Shown: in pieces, positions 40,710 through 51,642 of the stretch
Layout of the letters: each line of letters starts with the position of its first letter
How positions within the stretch are numbered: position 1 is the stretch's first letter
Source: a bacterium
GTDB taxonomy: Bacteria; UBA8248
Direction: 5' to 3'
DNA: 64,000 bases
NCBI GenBank assembly: GCA_965200245.1
Contig: CBDATS010000008.1
Location: 192,001-256,000, forward strand
The notes under the pieces: model-generated
Databases searched by the model: none
The model's input: the letters and a program-made list of their open reading frames with translations, nothing else
What the model was told of the DNA's origin: nothing
Translations under genes and position numbers: made by a program

Positions 40710-42158
40710 TCAGTTCCCCAGTTTTTCCCGGAGTATTTCCTGTAAGGCCTTGGGGTTTGCCTTGCCTTGCGTGGCTTTCATGGCTTGGCCCACGAAAAAG
40801 CCCATAAGCTTCGTTTTCCCGCCCCGGTAGGCTTCGACTTCATCCGGGTTCGATGCGAGTACCCCTTCCACGACGCTCTCGATAGCACCCGTGTCGGTAA
40901 TCTGCCGAAGGCCCTTCTCCTCCACAATGGTCTCGGGGTCCTTTCCGCCCTCTGCCATTTCGTCAAACACGGATTTTGCGATTTTCCCGCTGATGACGCT
41001 GTCCGTAATGAGCGCAATCATCCCGGCCAGCCGCTCGGGGGATATGGGGCATTCCTCAATACCGATCTTTCGTTCGTTCAACAGGCGCAAGACGTCGCCC
41101 ATCACCCAGTTGCTCGCCGCCTTTGCTTGTTCCTTTCCGGTAACCGCGACGACCCTGTCGAAATAAGCCGCCAGTTCCTTCTCCGCCGTGAGTACTTCCG
41201 CGTCGTAGCGGGGGAGACCGAACTCCTCTCGAAAGCGTATGCTTTTTGCGTCGGGCAGTTCCGGCATTAGCGCACGAATCTCATCGATCCATCTCGCGTC
41301 CACAGTCAAGGGGACCAGATCGGGGTCGGGGAAATAACGGTAATCATGCGCGTATTCCTTTGAGCGCATGCCACGCGTCACGCCTGTGGACTCGTCCCAA
41401 AGTCTGGTCTCCTGATGAATGGCCCCGCCCGCATCCAGGATTCCGCGCTGGCGCTCCTCTTCGTATTCGAGAGCGTGCCGGAGGTTCCGGAAAGAGTTCA
41501 TGTTCTTGATTTCCACCTTTTCGCCGAATTTTTCGGACCCTGATGGCCTCAGCGAAATGTTGGCATCGCAGCGCAGGCTGCCTTCTTGCATGTTGCCGTC
41601 AGATATCCCCAGATAGCGCACCAGAGTCCTTAGTTTTCTCATGTAGGATTCCGCGTCTGCGGGGTTTCTGAGTTCGGGCTCGGAGACGATTTCCAGAAGC
41701 GGCACTCCGGCGCGGTTAAGATCGGAATAGGAATGGTTCGGGTCTCCCAGTTCGTCTCCATGAATCAGCTTGCCGGCGTCTTCTTCCATATGGATTCTCG
41801 TGAGGTTGACGCGCATTTCCCGTCCGTCATTGGTTACGAAATGAACGCTTCCCCCCACACAGATGGGATCTTCGTACTGGCTGATTTGATAGCCCTTGGG
41901 CAGATCTGGATAGAAATAATGCTTTCTGGCGAACCGGCATACCGGCGCAATGTCCGCCCCCACGGCCAGCCCGAGTTTCAGGGTGAATTCCACGACCTCG
42001 CGGTTCAGAACGGGCAACACGCCGGGCAGCCCGAGGTCCACCGTGCAAGTGTGCTCGTTCGGGTTGCCCCCGAACGCGGTGCTCGAACCGCAGAATATCT
42101 TGCTTTTCGTGTTCAACTGGGCGTGCACTTCGAGGCCGATCACTGTTTCGTATTCCAT
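40710..42158 (-). CDS. gatB: aspartyl/glutamyl-tRNA amidotransferase subunit B
   Basis: MEYETVIGLEVHAQL, RKHYFYPDLPKGYQISQY, HMEEDAGK and DYRYFPDPDL. Confidence 0.98.
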   Translation of the reverse strand: MEYETVIGLEVHAQLNTKSKIFCGSSTAFGGNPNEHTCTVDLGLPGVLPVLNREVVEFTLKLGLAVGADIAPVCRFARKHYFYPDLPKGYQISQYEDPICVGGSVHFVTNDGREMRVNLTRIHMEEDAGKLIHGDELGDPNHSYSDLNRAGVPLLEIVSEPELRNPADAESYMRKLRTLVRYLGISDGNMQEGSLRCDANISLRPSGSEKFGEKVEIKNMNSFRNLRHALEYEEERQRGILDAGGAIHQETRLWDESTGVTRGMRSKEYAHDYRYFPDPDLVPLTVDARWIDEIRALMPELPDAKSIRFREEFGLPRYDAEVLTAEKELAAYFDRVVAVTGKEQAKAASNWVMGDVLRLLNERKIGIEECPISPERLAGMIALITDSVISGKIAKSVFDEMAEGGKDPETIVEEKGLRQITDTGAIESVVEGVLASNPDEVEAYRGGKTKLMGFFVGQAMKATQGKANPKALQEILREKLGN

Positions 42159-42183
42159 CGTCTCCCTCAATCGAAAATATAGT

Positions 42184-43656
42184 TCACAGTGGCGGTAGCG
42201 CTTCGTGGTGTGTTGTCGCGTTTTCGAACGCCGCCGCCGCTTGAAGGATGGTTTGTTCCGCAAAAGGTTTTCCCGTCAATTGAAGCCCTATCGGCAATCC
42301 TCCTGAGGTAAATCCACAGGGCACGCTGATACCGGGAAGACCGGCCAGATTACAGGGAATGGTCAGGATGTCGGAGAGGTACATGCTAATGGGGTCGTCG
42401 AGGCGTTCACCGATCTCGAACGCGGGAGTTGGCGTCGTGGCCGACAGCACGGCATCCACTTCGTCGAATACGGCCTTGAAATCCCGGCAAACCAGCGTGC
42501 GGACTTTTTGCGCTTTCGTGTAGAAGGCGTCGTAATACCCCGAAGAGAGCGCATAGGTGCCCAGCATGATGCGGCGTTTCACCTCATCGCCGAAGCCGTT
42601 TTCCCGACTCGTCGCGTACATGCCAAACAGGGAGCCGTATGCGGATTCCCCTTGCTTTCGTACTCCGAAGCGCACCCCATCGTAACGCGCGAGGTTGCTG
42701 CTCGCCTCCGCGGGAGCGAGGATGTAATAGACTGGCAGGGCGTATTCAGTGTGGGGGAGGGAGATATCGAGAATTTCCGCTCCTTGCTCCTCGAATACGA
42801 TGATTGCCTCTCGAACCGCTGTCTCGACCTCGGGGTCCATCCCCTCGATGAAGTATTCTTTGGGTATGCCGATCCTGAATCCCCGAACCCCGGCGTCGAT
42901 GCCTTTCGTGTAGTCGAACACGGGTGCATCGGCTGAAGTTGAATCTCGATAGTCGTGGCCGCTCACGGCACTCAGTAAAACGGCGGCGTCCCGGACGTTT
43001 TTCGCGAACGGACCGATTTGGTCCAGAGAACTGGCGAAGGCGATGAGTCCGTAGCGCGAAATGCGTCCGTAGGTGGGTTTCATACCCACCACGCCGCAGC
43101 ACGCGGCCGGCTGGCGTATGGAACCCCCGGTATCCGAACCCAGGGAAACGACGCAGGATCGCGCCGCGACTGCGGCAGCGGACCCACCGCTGCTGCCTCC
43201 AGGAATGGTGTTCAGATTCCATGGGTTGCGTGTCGGCCCGAATGCGCTTTGCTCGCAGGATGAGCCCATGGCGAATTCATCCATGTTCAATTTGCCGAGG
43301 ATGACCGCGCCCGCCTCTTTGAGCCGGCCCACGACAGTGGCGTCATACGGTGCTTCGAAATTTTCCAGAAACCGGGAAGCGCATGTGGTCTTCGTACCTT
43401 TCATGCAAAGGAGGTCCTTAATGGCCACGGGAACTCCCAGAAGGGGAGAACTGTGGTCACCAGCGCCGATTATTGCATCGGCGGCGCGGGCGGCGGCGAT
43501 AGCATCTTCTTCGAGAACGCTCAAGTAGACGTGCACTCTCTCTTCCGTCTCGTCGATGCGTTCGAGATAGATTCTGGTCAACTCTTCCGCGCTGAATTCC
43601 CTGGCTCTCAGGCTCTTCGCGATTTCCGTGATGCCGAGATGAAGTAGTTCGTTCAT
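42184..43656 (-). CDS. gatA: glutamyl-tRNA amidotransferase subunit A
   Basis: [37 protein letters not shown] and SSNLARYDG amidase signature. Confidence 0.98.
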   Translation of the reverse strand: MNELLHLGITEIAKSLRAREFSAEELTRIYLERIDETEERVHVYLSVLEEDAIAAARAADAIIGAGDHSSPLLGVPVAIKDLLCMKGTKTTCASRFLENFEAPYDATVVGRLKEAGAVILGKLNMDEFAMGSSCEQSAFGPTRNPWNLNTIPGGSSGGSAAAVAARSCVVSLGSDTGGSIRQPAACCGVVGMKPTYGRISRYGLIAFASSLDQIGPFAKNVRDAAVLLSAVSGHDYRDSTSADAPVFDYTKGIDAGVRGFRIGIPKEYFIEGMDPEVETAVREAIIVFEEQGAEILDISLPHTEYALPVYYILAPAEASSNLARYDGVRFGVRKQGESAYGSLFGMYATSRENGFGDEVKRRIMLGTYALSSGYYDAFYTKAQKVRTLVCRDFKAVFDEVDAVLSATTPTPAFEIGERLDDPISMYLSDILTIPCNLAGLPGISVPCGFTSGGLPIGLQLTGKPFAEQTILQAAAAFENATTHHEALPPL

Positions 43657-43776
43657 TTCCACCCCTTGTCGATTTGTTCGTCAATACGCCTCGAATCGAG
43701 AGAAAACGCCAGAAACGGCCCGCTCGTCAAACTCTAGCTGCCGGAACTTTTCGCGGGCCCAACCGTTCGGTTTCCC

Positions 43777-44529
43777 TCATGGCCGGCGCAGCAAAAAAGT
43801 GGCGTAGCCGAGAAGCTGCTTCCCGCCGCCGTCGTGGTAGATTTCGAGGTCTTGCTGCCATCTGTCCAGCACGTCCTGGGCTTCGCGTGAATCCGCATAC
43901 TCAAGCCGGTTTTCGATAATGGAGCGCGCTTGGGGAGCCAGGAAAGATTCCCAGGCGTTTTCCGATTCATGTTCCACGAATTCCACGTTATATCCCTGCT
44001 CGGTAAGTTGACCGTAGAACTCTTCCACGTCAATCGGCTCGCAGGGAAGGTAGGCGTCGAGCCATCTTGCCAATCGCTTGGAGTCGATGTCTTCATCTTC
44101 TGGTTTCCAGACCAGGCCCGAGAAGGTGATCCATCCCCCGGGTTTCACGATGCGGCCCAGGCTTTCCAGTTTGTCCTCGGCGTTCGAGGGGTGGGCGGGA
44201 CCACATAATAGCGCCAAGTCGAAGTAATCATCGTCGAAGGGGAAATCATCGCTCGAATGGATCAGCAAATCGACGAGATGGGACAGATCTTCGAAGAGGA
44301 TGCGCCGCCTTCCGTCTTCCACGAACTCGGGCCGAACATCCATTCCAATCGCCGCACAGCCGAACATCTGCGCGAGTGCAATGATGCTACCCGCCTTGCC
44401 GCACGATGCGTCGAACACCAGAATATCCGCCGACAAGCCGATGTGTTCGCCAATCTTTTTCAGTGTATCTACCGATATGGGGACGAGGAATTGATTGTGT
44501 TTGAATCGCTCGAATCGGTCGGGTTGCAT
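43777..44529 (-). CDS. class I SAM-dependent methyltransferase-like protein
   Basis: LVFDASCGKAG motif I-like, FPFDDDYFDL and RIVKPGG. Confidence 0.75.
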   Translation of the reverse strand: MQPDRFERFKHNQFLVPISVDTLKKIGEHIGLSADILVFDASCGKAGSIIALAQMFGCAAIGMDVRPEFVEDGRRRILFEDLSHLVDLLIHSSDDFPFDDDYFDLALLCGPAHPSNAEDKLESLGRIVKPGGWITFSGLVWKPEDEDIDSKRLARWLDAYLPCEPIDVEEFYGQLTEQGYNVEFVEHESENAWESFLAPQARSIIENRLEYADSREAQDVLDRWQQDLEIYHDGGGKQLLGYATFLLRRP

Positions 44530-44550
44530 GAAACGGGTTATGGATCAGTC

Positions 44551-44658
44551 TTAAAAAATCGAGAGACCGATTAAATCGAGCATCAGAATAATCGTGCTCA
44601 GCCCCAGTATTCCACCGATGATGAGGGCTACCAAACCGAAAAGTTTTCCGTACACCAT
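44551..44658 (-). CDS. small (35 aa) membrane protein, absent from the ORF track
   Basis: GGAG RBS; MVYGKLFGLVALIIGGILGLSTIILMLDLIGLSIF-TAA fills the gap between co-oriented genes. Confidence 0.65.
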   Translation of the reverse strand: MVYGKLFGLVALIIGGILGLSTIILMLDLIGLSIF

Positions 44659-44689
44659 GATTGCTTTCTCCCGACGATATGTGCACCGG

Positions 44690-45607
44690 CTATTTCTTTT
44701 TTCCTTTTCTCGTTGCTGCGGCAGGCTGAGATTTGCTGATCTGCATGAATACCTTGCCGTCCTTGAGCACCGTAACGCTGCCCGTGGACTCGCTGATGGC
44801 GAACGACAAGGCGCTGCTCACTTCCGTTATACCCGCTCCGGCCATGTGACGCGAACCCAATCCGGGGGGCAGGTCGTTTTCCGCCGCCGCGTTCAGGTGT
44901 CTGCCAGCGGCTTCGACTATACCATCTCCGCGAATGATGAACGCACCGTCGATGGCACTGAATTCCTTGATGGTCTCGCGCAGGGCCGGGTCCATGATGT
45001 TTCTTTGCTCTTCCGGGTAGCCATGGAAGGGGTTGATGACGAGTTGGCGCGAATATTGAAGCACGAGATCATGGTCTCCGAGAACGAAGAGTGCGCCGCG
45101 GGGCTTTCCTTCCCGCCCTTCGGCGCCGAGTTCAAGAGCGAGTGATAGAACCGTTTCGAACACCTTCGGGTCGACGCCCTCGACAGCGCTTTGCGTTTCC
45201 GACGTTTGGAGCATTTCCTTTTCACGGTCTAAATGAAAGACCATAAGGGTGTCAATTTCTTCGTTCTCGGGCAAGCCAGAGAGGCAGACCACGGTGTCGT
45301 TCTGCGTGATGGAACCTTCACTCAAGGCGATGACGACCCCCATTTTGATGATATCGATCCGGTTCAGGGACAAGGCGGGCAATTGCATGACCTTGCAACC
45401 CCGTTTTTCCAGTTCTTTGTAAAGGTTGGGAGAACAGGTAGTGGTGAAATGCTCCAAGCCGGCGGGGAGGTCCATCAAGGCGTCCAGATCCTTCATCGCG
45501 TCCGCGTGAATGAATATGGCCTTGGCCTCCAGTGCATCGCAGATATGAGATGCTGCGGCGATGATGCTCTCGCTGAGGCCTGTTTGTTTTTCCGCCGTTC
45601 CGGTCAC
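44690..45607 (-). CDS. diadenylate cyclase (DisA_N domain, DacZ-like)
   Basis: EGREGKPRGALF, KEFSAIDGAFII (DGA), GLGSRHMAG (RHR-like) and ISESTGSVT. Confidence 0.88.
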   Translation of the reverse strand: MTGTAEKQTGLSESIIAAASHICDALEAKAIFIHADAMKDLDALMDLPAGLEHFTTTCSPNLYKELEKRGCKVMQLPALSLNRIDIIKMGVVIALSEGSITQNDTVVCLSGLPENEEIDTLMVFHLDREKEMLQTSETQSAVEGVDPKVFETVLSLALELGAEGREGKPRGALFVLGDHDLVLQYSRQLVINPFHGYPEEQRNIMDPALRETIKEFSAIDGAFIIRGDGIVEAAGRHLNAAAENDLPPGLGSRHMAGAGITEVSSALSFAISESTGSVTVLKDGKVFMQISKSQPAAATRKGKKK

Positions 45608-45609
45608 CT

Positions 45610-47076
45610 TTACCCCTTTCCTTCCAGCACCACGTAGAAAGTTGAACCCTGCCGCTCGACTACCAGCAGGTTCCCCTTGTTTTCTCTTTTTTTCAGCGCT
45701 TCTCGCAACTGCTCCGTGTCGCCGACCTCCTTGCGGTTGGCTTCCACGATGACGTCGCCCCGGCGAAGGCCGGCGGCCGCCGCAGGACTGTCTGGCAATA
45801 TGTTGGTGATGACGACGCCTTTTTCCACTTTCGCCCCGATTTGCTTTCTGAGTTCAGGGGTCAGGTTTTGTCCCTCGATGCCCAGATGTTTTTTGAGTGC
45901 GGGTTTTGCTTTAGCGATTTTTGTGGAACTGGGCAACTGGGCAACTGTCAGCTTGAACACGCGCTTGTCGCCGTCGCGTATAATGCCGACTTCGGCGGTG
46001 GAGCCCGGCTTCAGGTCGGCCGCTGCGTTGGAGAGTTGACGGGGGTTTTCGATTTTTTTCTCGTTGATGCTTATGATCAGGTCGCCTCTTTTAATGCCGG
46101 CTTTTTCCGCAGGCGCGTTCTCGACCACGTTGGTGACAAGGGCGCCCTGGGTTTCCTTGAGACCCAATTGTTTTGCCAGGCTCTCATTGACGGGTTGAAT
46201 GGACACGCCCAGAAAACCGCGGGTCACCACTCCCGTGCGAAGTTGGGGAAGCAGCTTTTTCGCCATGTTGATTGGTATTGCGAAACCGATGCCGATATTG
46301 CCACCGCCTCTGCTGAAAATGGCGGTGTTGATTCCCACAACATTTCCGTTCAAATCGAAGAGCGGCCCGCCGCTGTTTCCCGGATTGATGGAGGCGTCGG
46401 TCTGGATGAAATTGTCGAATCGGCTTGAGCCAATGACGCGCGCCTTGGCGCTCACGATTCCCGCCGTCACCGTGTGGGACAATCCGAACGGATTGCCGAT
46501 GGCCATCACCCAGTCGCCCACGCGAAGTTTTTCGCTGTCGCCGAGTTTCACCATGGTGAACGTATCTCCGGGTTTCGTTTCCACTTCCAGCAGCGCGATG
46601 TCGGTTTGGGGGTCCCGGCCAACGACCTTCGCTTTTCGTGTTTTTTGATCCTTGAAGCGGACCGTAATTTTCGATGCGTTTTCGATTACGTGATTATTCG
46701 TGATGATCAACCCCTTCTCGCTCACGATGAACCCCGAGCCCAGGTTTTGCCGTTTGGGTCGTGGCTGTGAACGGCCACGAGGATCGGGGCCGAAGGGCCC
46801 TTCAAAGAAATACCGGAAGAATTCGTTCCATCTGTCATCGGGAAATCTGGGGAACCCGCCCCGTGAACTCGCTCTAGCCTCGCTTTCCGTACTGATGTTC
46901 ACTACCGAGGGGCTTAGTTTTTCAGCCAGCCCGGCAAGGGAAGGCAGCTTTCCCGCGCTGACTGTGGACTGGGCACTTGAGGGTGCGAAAAACAGGGTCA
47001 GGCACAGGAATACAGTAATGAGGGCCGAGGTTGAACTCAGAGATTTGAGTTTTGGAAAGTGGGGAGAATTCCGCAT
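45610..47076 (-). CDS. degP: Do/DegQ-family periplasmic serine protease with two PDZ domains
   Basis: GSGFI, TNNHV, DIALL, IQTDASINPGNSGGPL and RGFLGV; start at MRNSPHF (47076). Confidence 0.93.
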   Translation of the reverse strand: MRNSPHFPKLKSLSSTSALITVFLCLTLFFAPSSAQSTVSAGKLPSLAGLAEKLSPSVVNISTESEARASSRGGFPRFPDDRWNEFFRYFFEGPFGPDPRGRSQPRPKRQNLGSGFIVSEKGLIITNNHVIENASKITVRFKDQKTRKAKVVGRDPQTDIALLEVETKPGDTFTMVKLGDSEKLRVGDWVMAIGNPFGLSHTVTAGIVSAKARVIGSSRFDNFIQTDASINPGNSGGPLFDLNGNVVGINTAIFSRGGGNIGIGFAIPINMAKKLLPQLRTGVVTRGFLGVSIQPVNESLAKQLGLKETQGALVTNVVENAPAEKAGIKRGDLIISINEKKIENPRQLSNAAADLKPGSTAEVGIIRDGDKRVFKLTVAQLPSSTKIAKAKPALKKHLGIEGQNLTPELRKQIGAKVEKGVVITNILPDSPAAAAGLRRGDVIVEANRKEVGDTEQLREALKKRENKGNLLVVERQGSTFYVVLEGKG

Positions 47077-47343
47077 TTTTTTCCCTTCTATAAGAATCAG
47101 ACATGTTGGCGGCAAAGAACACCACAACACCGTTTTAGATATACCAAAGTTCCATCGATGTGAAAAATCGACAAATACCTGAGAACAAGATAGATTATCG
47201 CTTTGGTTTCGCTTCGCGCGATTGGTGAGGTGAAGTTCACGGCTGTACGCATCGACGCGAGGCGGGAGGAGGGATATTCTCTCCCTCGTCCGTTCGAGAA
47301 CCGCTCCAGCGTCACCCGGGAGAGTTTTTTCAGTGATGCGCGC

Positions 47344-48219
47344 ATGAGCCCAGAATCCCAAACCATTCTGCTCGCCATTTCGGCGGCTTTCGTCAGCGCA
47401 GCGACGAACATCACCTTCACGCCCGCTCTGCGTCAGATGGGTTCGTTCGCCCTCGCCCAGTTCAACAACCTGGGTAATACCATCATGCTGGGGGCCATCG
47501 GTTTCTGGTTCTATGCGCCGGGGAGTTTTCGCTGGGAGGCGTTTGCCTGGTTCGGCGTTTTGGGCGTGATGAACTACAGCATCAACCGCTGGGTCTTCTA
47601 CACGGGCATGAACATCGTCGGACCCTCGCGCCATATCACCATCAGGAGCATGGTTCCGCTTCCCAGCCTGATTCTGGCCGTCATCTTCCTGGGAGAAGAA
47701 CCCAGCCGGTGGGTTACGCTCGGCACGGTTCTCGTCGTCTTTGGAATTGCCGCCGTGAGTTATGAACCCTCGGGCGGAAGATGGTTCCGCGTTGGGATAG
47801 GCTGGTCGCTCATGAGCATGTTCATGCTGGTCGCAAGTGCTTTCATGCGCAAGCAGGGAATGTCGTATATGGCGGCACCGGCACTGCTCACGGCATGGTC
47901 GGCCCTGGTCGCGATTCCGACTTCCGAGGCCTTCCGGCATTTTCTACCGAAGCGGTATTTCGAGTGGGGCTCGAAGCGCTACATTCCGTTGCTCGTTTTC
48001 GGAACAACAATCAACGGGCTGATGCAGATACTCATCAACCTCTCGCTCAAGGGAAAACTCTCGCTTGCGGTTCCCATCCTGAGCAGCACGCCGATTTTCG
48101 CCTTGTGTCTTTCCGCGTTGTTCCTGCGCGACATCGAACGCTTGAACGCGCGCGTGGTGTTCGGCATTTTTATCGCCGTTCTGGGCATCGTGGCCGTGAG
48201 CATCGGTAGGCACGGCTAA
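47344..48219 (+). CDS. DMT/EamA family transporter
   Basis: About 10 hydrophobic helices in two EamA repeats; LILAVIFLGEEP. Confidence 0.85.
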   Translation: MSPESQTILLAISAAFVSAATNITFTPALRQMGSFALAQFNNLGNTIMLGAIGFWFYAPGSFRWEAFAWFGVLGVMNYSINRWVFYTGMNIVGPSRHITIRSMVPLPSLILAVIFLGEEPSRWVTLGTVLVVFGIAAVSYEPSGGRWFRVGIGWSLMSMFMLVASAFMRKQGMSYMAAPALLTAWSALVAIPTSEAFRHFLPKRYFEWGSKRYIPLLVFGTTINGLMQILINLSLKGKLSLAVPILSSTPIFALCLSALFLRDIERLNARVVFGIFIAVLGIVAVSIGRHG

Positions 48220-48226
48220 GCTGGCC

Positions 48227-49096
48227 ATGGACAACACGATGGGAGTCGTCTGGGCGCTGGCCGCCGCTGTCATGGCGGCGTTCACGGGGGTTCTCGCCGC
48301 GCGGCCCCTGCGGAACATGGGTCTGATGTCCGCCACCCTGCTCACAAACGTCTTCAACATGCTCGTTCTGGCCCTTTTCGGCTGGTGGGAATATAAGGCA
48401 GAAGATGTCACGCTCGAAGGCATGCTCTGGTTTGCCCTGCTGGGCGTCACCGCCTACAGCTACGGGCGTCTGGTCTATTACAAGGCGATAGACTCCATCG
48501 GTCCGCCCAGGCTGATGACGCTCATGAGCACTTCCCCTTTGCTGAGCTTGCTGTTGGCTGTTCTGTTCCTGGGCGAAGAGCCCGGCATGGCCATTCTGGC
48601 GGGCACGGGCCTCGTGGTGGCGGGTGTCATTCTGGTGAGCTACGAACCCGCCAGGGGGCGCTGGTTCCAGCCTGGGATTCTCTGGGGTTTCGCCAGTGCC
48701 ATCTCGCTGGGCGTGAGCGTGTTCATCAGAAAGAAAGGCCTCGACGCCATGCCAAGTATCGCGCTTACAGTGGCGTGGTCGAACATGGTGAGCATCCCCA
48801 TCATCTATGGGCTCAGGTTTTTCACACCTCCCGCACTGTTCGACTGGGGGCCACGCTGGGCGGTTGCAATGATCATACTGGTTGGCGTGCTGAACTCAGG
48901 CAACCAGCTTCTCTACAATCTCGCTATCATCAACGCAGAGGTCAGCGTGGTCGGCCCCATCATCGCTTCGATGCCGATATTCTCCGTTTTTTTCACGGTC
49001 CTGATGCTACGTGACATGACGCGTGTGCGGCCCAGGCTCGTGGTGGGCGTATGCGTGACGGTGACAGGCATGACTGCTGTCGCCCTGGGCCGCTGA
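48227..49096 (+). CDS. DMT/EamA family transporter (tandem paralogue)
   Basis: Same architecture; shares VSYEP..GRWF..GI.W with the upstream gene. Confidence 0.85.
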   Translation: MDNTMGVVWALAAAVMAAFTGVLAARPLRNMGLMSATLLTNVFNMLVLALFGWWEYKAEDVTLEGMLWFALLGVTAYSYGRLVYYKAIDSIGPPRLMTLMSTSPLLSLLLAVLFLGEEPGMAILAGTGLVVAGVILVSYEPARGRWFQPGILWGFASAISLGVSVFIRKKGLDAMPSIALTVAWSNMVSIPIIYGLRFFTPPALFDWGPRWAVAMIILVGVLNSGNQLLYNLAIINAEVSVVGPIIASMPIFSVFFTVLMLRDMTRVRPRLVVGVCVTVTGMTAVALGR

Positions 49097-49135
49097 TGAA
49101 CCGGTTTTACACGCGAGAAGCTCCGCCGCCCCGCA

Positions 49136-49822
49136 TTGACACCATTCTACTCGCGTGAAAGGATCGGGGAATACATCGTTAACCCAGCGGGCGTTTGCCG
49201 CCTCCCGCCTTTATACAAGGAGAGACATTTGGCTCGGTGTATAAGTCTTTGTGTTATGGCGTGTCTGGCGGTTTTTCCGGCTCTCGCTTCTTTCTCGCAT
49301 CAGGCGCAAGCCGCGGGAGAAGATGTCGTTTTCATCAAGGCGTTTTATCCCCTCGATGAGCCGAGGTTTCACTGTGTCGACATTCCCGGACACCGGGACC
49401 GCGTGAGAACCGACGCCGCCCTCCTCGTCCACACCTGCAAGGAGGGTATCTGGAATCTGGACGAGCGCTTCGACCCCGCTGCCGTCAGGAAGGGCAGTCT
49501 CCGGATGCCCGAATACAATCTGTGCGTCGCCGCCGTTTCCGCTGCAGAAGGTGCCAAACTCATGCTTAGAAAATGCGACGGTTCAGCCCTTCAGAACTGG
49601 CACTTTTCGAACTACCGCATAACCCTCAAGGCGCACCCTAATGTGTGTCTCACCATTGGCCCTGAGCCCTCGCGCCTTACGCGGGGCGGACGCAGGCTGC
49701 CGAGCCGTCACATGGCGCGCTCGCTGGCTCTCGAGGCGTGTTCAGAAGAAGCGCTCGAAAGACAGCTCTGGCGGATGGAGAAACCCATGGAACGCACCGG
49801 CTCCATTATGCCGTTCAAGTGA
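49136..49822 (+). CDS. secreted ricin-type beta-trefoil lectin-like protein (start uncertain)
   Basis: Signal-like segment, LDEPRFHCVDIPG, CDGSALQNW and CSEEALERQLW (QxW repeats with Cys pairs). Confidence 0.7.
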   Translation: MTPFYSRERIGEYIVNPAGVCRLPPLYKERHLARCISLCVMACLAVFPALASFSHQAQAAGEDVVFIKAFYPLDEPRFHCVDIPGHRDRVRTDAALLVHTCKEGIWNLDERFDPAAVRKGSLRMPEYNLCVAAVSAAEGAKLMLRKCDGSALQNWHFSNYRITLKAHPNVCLTIGPEPSRLTRGGRRLPSRHMARSLALEACSEEALERQLWRMEKPMERTGSIMPFK

Positions 49823-49956
49823 GACGCTTCCGATTTAGCGAAAAATTTCTCTTAGCTACTAGTTCTGTTTGGTATGTCTTGACTGTGCCCTTGGCGCAGG
49901 GACCTGCTCGTGGCGGATAATGCGTCCTCGTCGTACGAGGCGTGGCTTGCGCGCTT

Positions 49957-50802
49957 TGGGCGCGGGTCTCACACCCACACAGAAAGCAGGTCTTCGCTAC
50001 GGCAGGAGCGACGCCGAGACGGGAGGCAGTGTAGAAGTAGGCGGTGGGCTACGCCATTTTCTGGCTTAGGCGGCTAGCGATCATGAGGAATGAACGCAAA
50101 TGGCTTGATGTGCCTCGCGCTGGGAGAGGGGGGGGACGTGGTTTGTCCATGCGGTTGGGTTCTTCCCTGGGGATCTCGTTGGACAGGGTGGAGAGTCTCT
50201 GGAATGAGCGCAATGCGGCGGGCCTGTTCAAAAGCGGGGCATTCGATCCTGACGCGCGTTTCGACGCGAAGCTTGGCTACGGTCTGGACGGGATAAGTAG
50301 CCTTCTCACTCCCTACGGCGGCATGGACGATCAATTCCGTTCCTCGAAAGCGCATCACATGGATATTGTTAGGGTAGTGGATTTTCTGGTGAGCGAGGGC
50401 GTGCGCGAGGTGTTTCTCATCGGCACGAGCAGGGGAACGGTGTCCGTTGGCTATCTGGCTTCGGTAATGAAACATGCAAATGTCAAGGGCTACGTCCTCA
50501 CGGCCAGCATGGCGGACATCGTCTTTTATGCGGAGAAGATCGAAAACCCCGCCTTGATGGTACATCACACAGACGATGAGTGTAGAGTTACAGGCTATAC
50601 CGATGCGGTGGCTTCATACCGCACCATCACGAGAAGTCACCGAAAAAGTTTTGTCACCGTGAGCGGAGGAGACACGCCGCAGGTCAGCAACCCGTGCCGT
50701 GCGCTGACCGCGCACGGGTTCTTGGGCGTGGAGCGCGAGACGGTAGCCGCCATCGTCGACTGGATGAACGGGAAAGCGCCACCTAGGCACGTGAATCGGT
50801 AG
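49957..50802 (+). pseudogene. chimera: autotransporter-like beta-domain remnant joined to the C-terminal part of an alpha/beta hydrolase
   Basis: LTP..GLRYGRSDAETGGSVEVGGGLR / GRGLSMRL..LW..RFDAKLGYGL..LLTPYGG to ~50322, then FRSSKAH..VFLIGTSRGTVS..HHTDDEC..NPCRALTAHGFLG. Confidence 0.65.
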
Positions 50803-50817
50803 CTTCTAGCGTCCGCA

Positions 50818-51642
50818 CTACTTCTTCCTTGCGGAGATGAGCCTCGCCTGCATGGGTACCGCGATGATTCCATCATTATCGTATTCGCGCAGCATCGAGG
50901 CGAGGGCTTCACGTATCTTTTCCCTGGCTTCCAGGGTTTGCGAGGCGAGGCGAGAGGCCGTACGAACGGTGGACTTCTCGAACACCTCGATAATGCGAGC
51001 AGGTTCTTCCGCTCTCATGTAGAGGGTAAATCCTGAAATCTCGGGTGTGGTGAAGCCCGCCGCTTCCATCACATACGTGCATTTGTCATCGTCTTCTAGG
51101 AAGGGCTTGGGCGGGCCAGCCACCAGGGGGACGTCCGTGTCCCCGTATTCTGTAATGGCCCGCATCATGAGCGAGCGGTGGCCCGCGTCGTGCGTCCAGG
51201 CAGTGAAGGCGAGTTTTCCTTCCGGTTTCAACACCCTTGTGGCCTCGGCCAGCGCTACTTCCGGATACGGGAAGTGGAGAAAACCGAAGTTGCTTGCCAC
51301 GGCGTCGAAGCGTCCGTCTTCAAAGGGCAGATCCTCCGCGTCGCAGTGCCGGAACTCGGCCCCCGGCCAGCGTCGCGACGCCTCGGCAATCATGTCCGGT
51401 GCGAAATCAGCCCCCACCACCGTACAGCCGCGCATGAGTGCGCCCGCCGAGACGACACCTGTTCCGCAGGCGAGATCAAGCAGGTGCGTTCCGAAGCGCG
51501 CGTCCGCAGCATCCAGCAACGTCGGGACCGCCTGCGCGGTGACAACGCCGAACAGATCGTTGTATTCACCCGCCGCACCGTTCCAGCCCGTGCGCTCGAA
51601 CTCGCGGAAAGCTTCGGGGTCGTACCCGGGTGTCTCACTCAT
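50818..51642 (-). CDS. class I SAM-dependent methyltransferase (UbiE-like)
   Basis: LLDLACGTG, DAEDLPFEDGRFDAV and RVLKPEG. Confidence 0.92.
   Translation of the reverse strand: MSETPGYDPEAFREFERTGWNGAAGEYNDLFGVVTAQAVPTLLDAADARFGTHLLDLACGTGVVSAGALMRGCTVVGADFAPDMIAEASRRWPGAEFRHCDAEDLPFEDGRFDAVASNFGFLHFPYPEVALAEATRVLKPEGKLAFTAWTHDAGHRSLMMRAITEYGDTDVPLVAGPPKPFLEDDDKCTYVMEAAGFTTPEISGFTLYMRAEEPARIIEVFEKSTVRTASRLASQTLEAREKIREALASMLREYDNDGIIAVPMQARLISARKK

Noticed and set aside
47077-47940. 776-aa DegP with long N-terminal extension
   Set aside because: The extension is antisense to the real DMT gene; the signal peptide starts near 47076.
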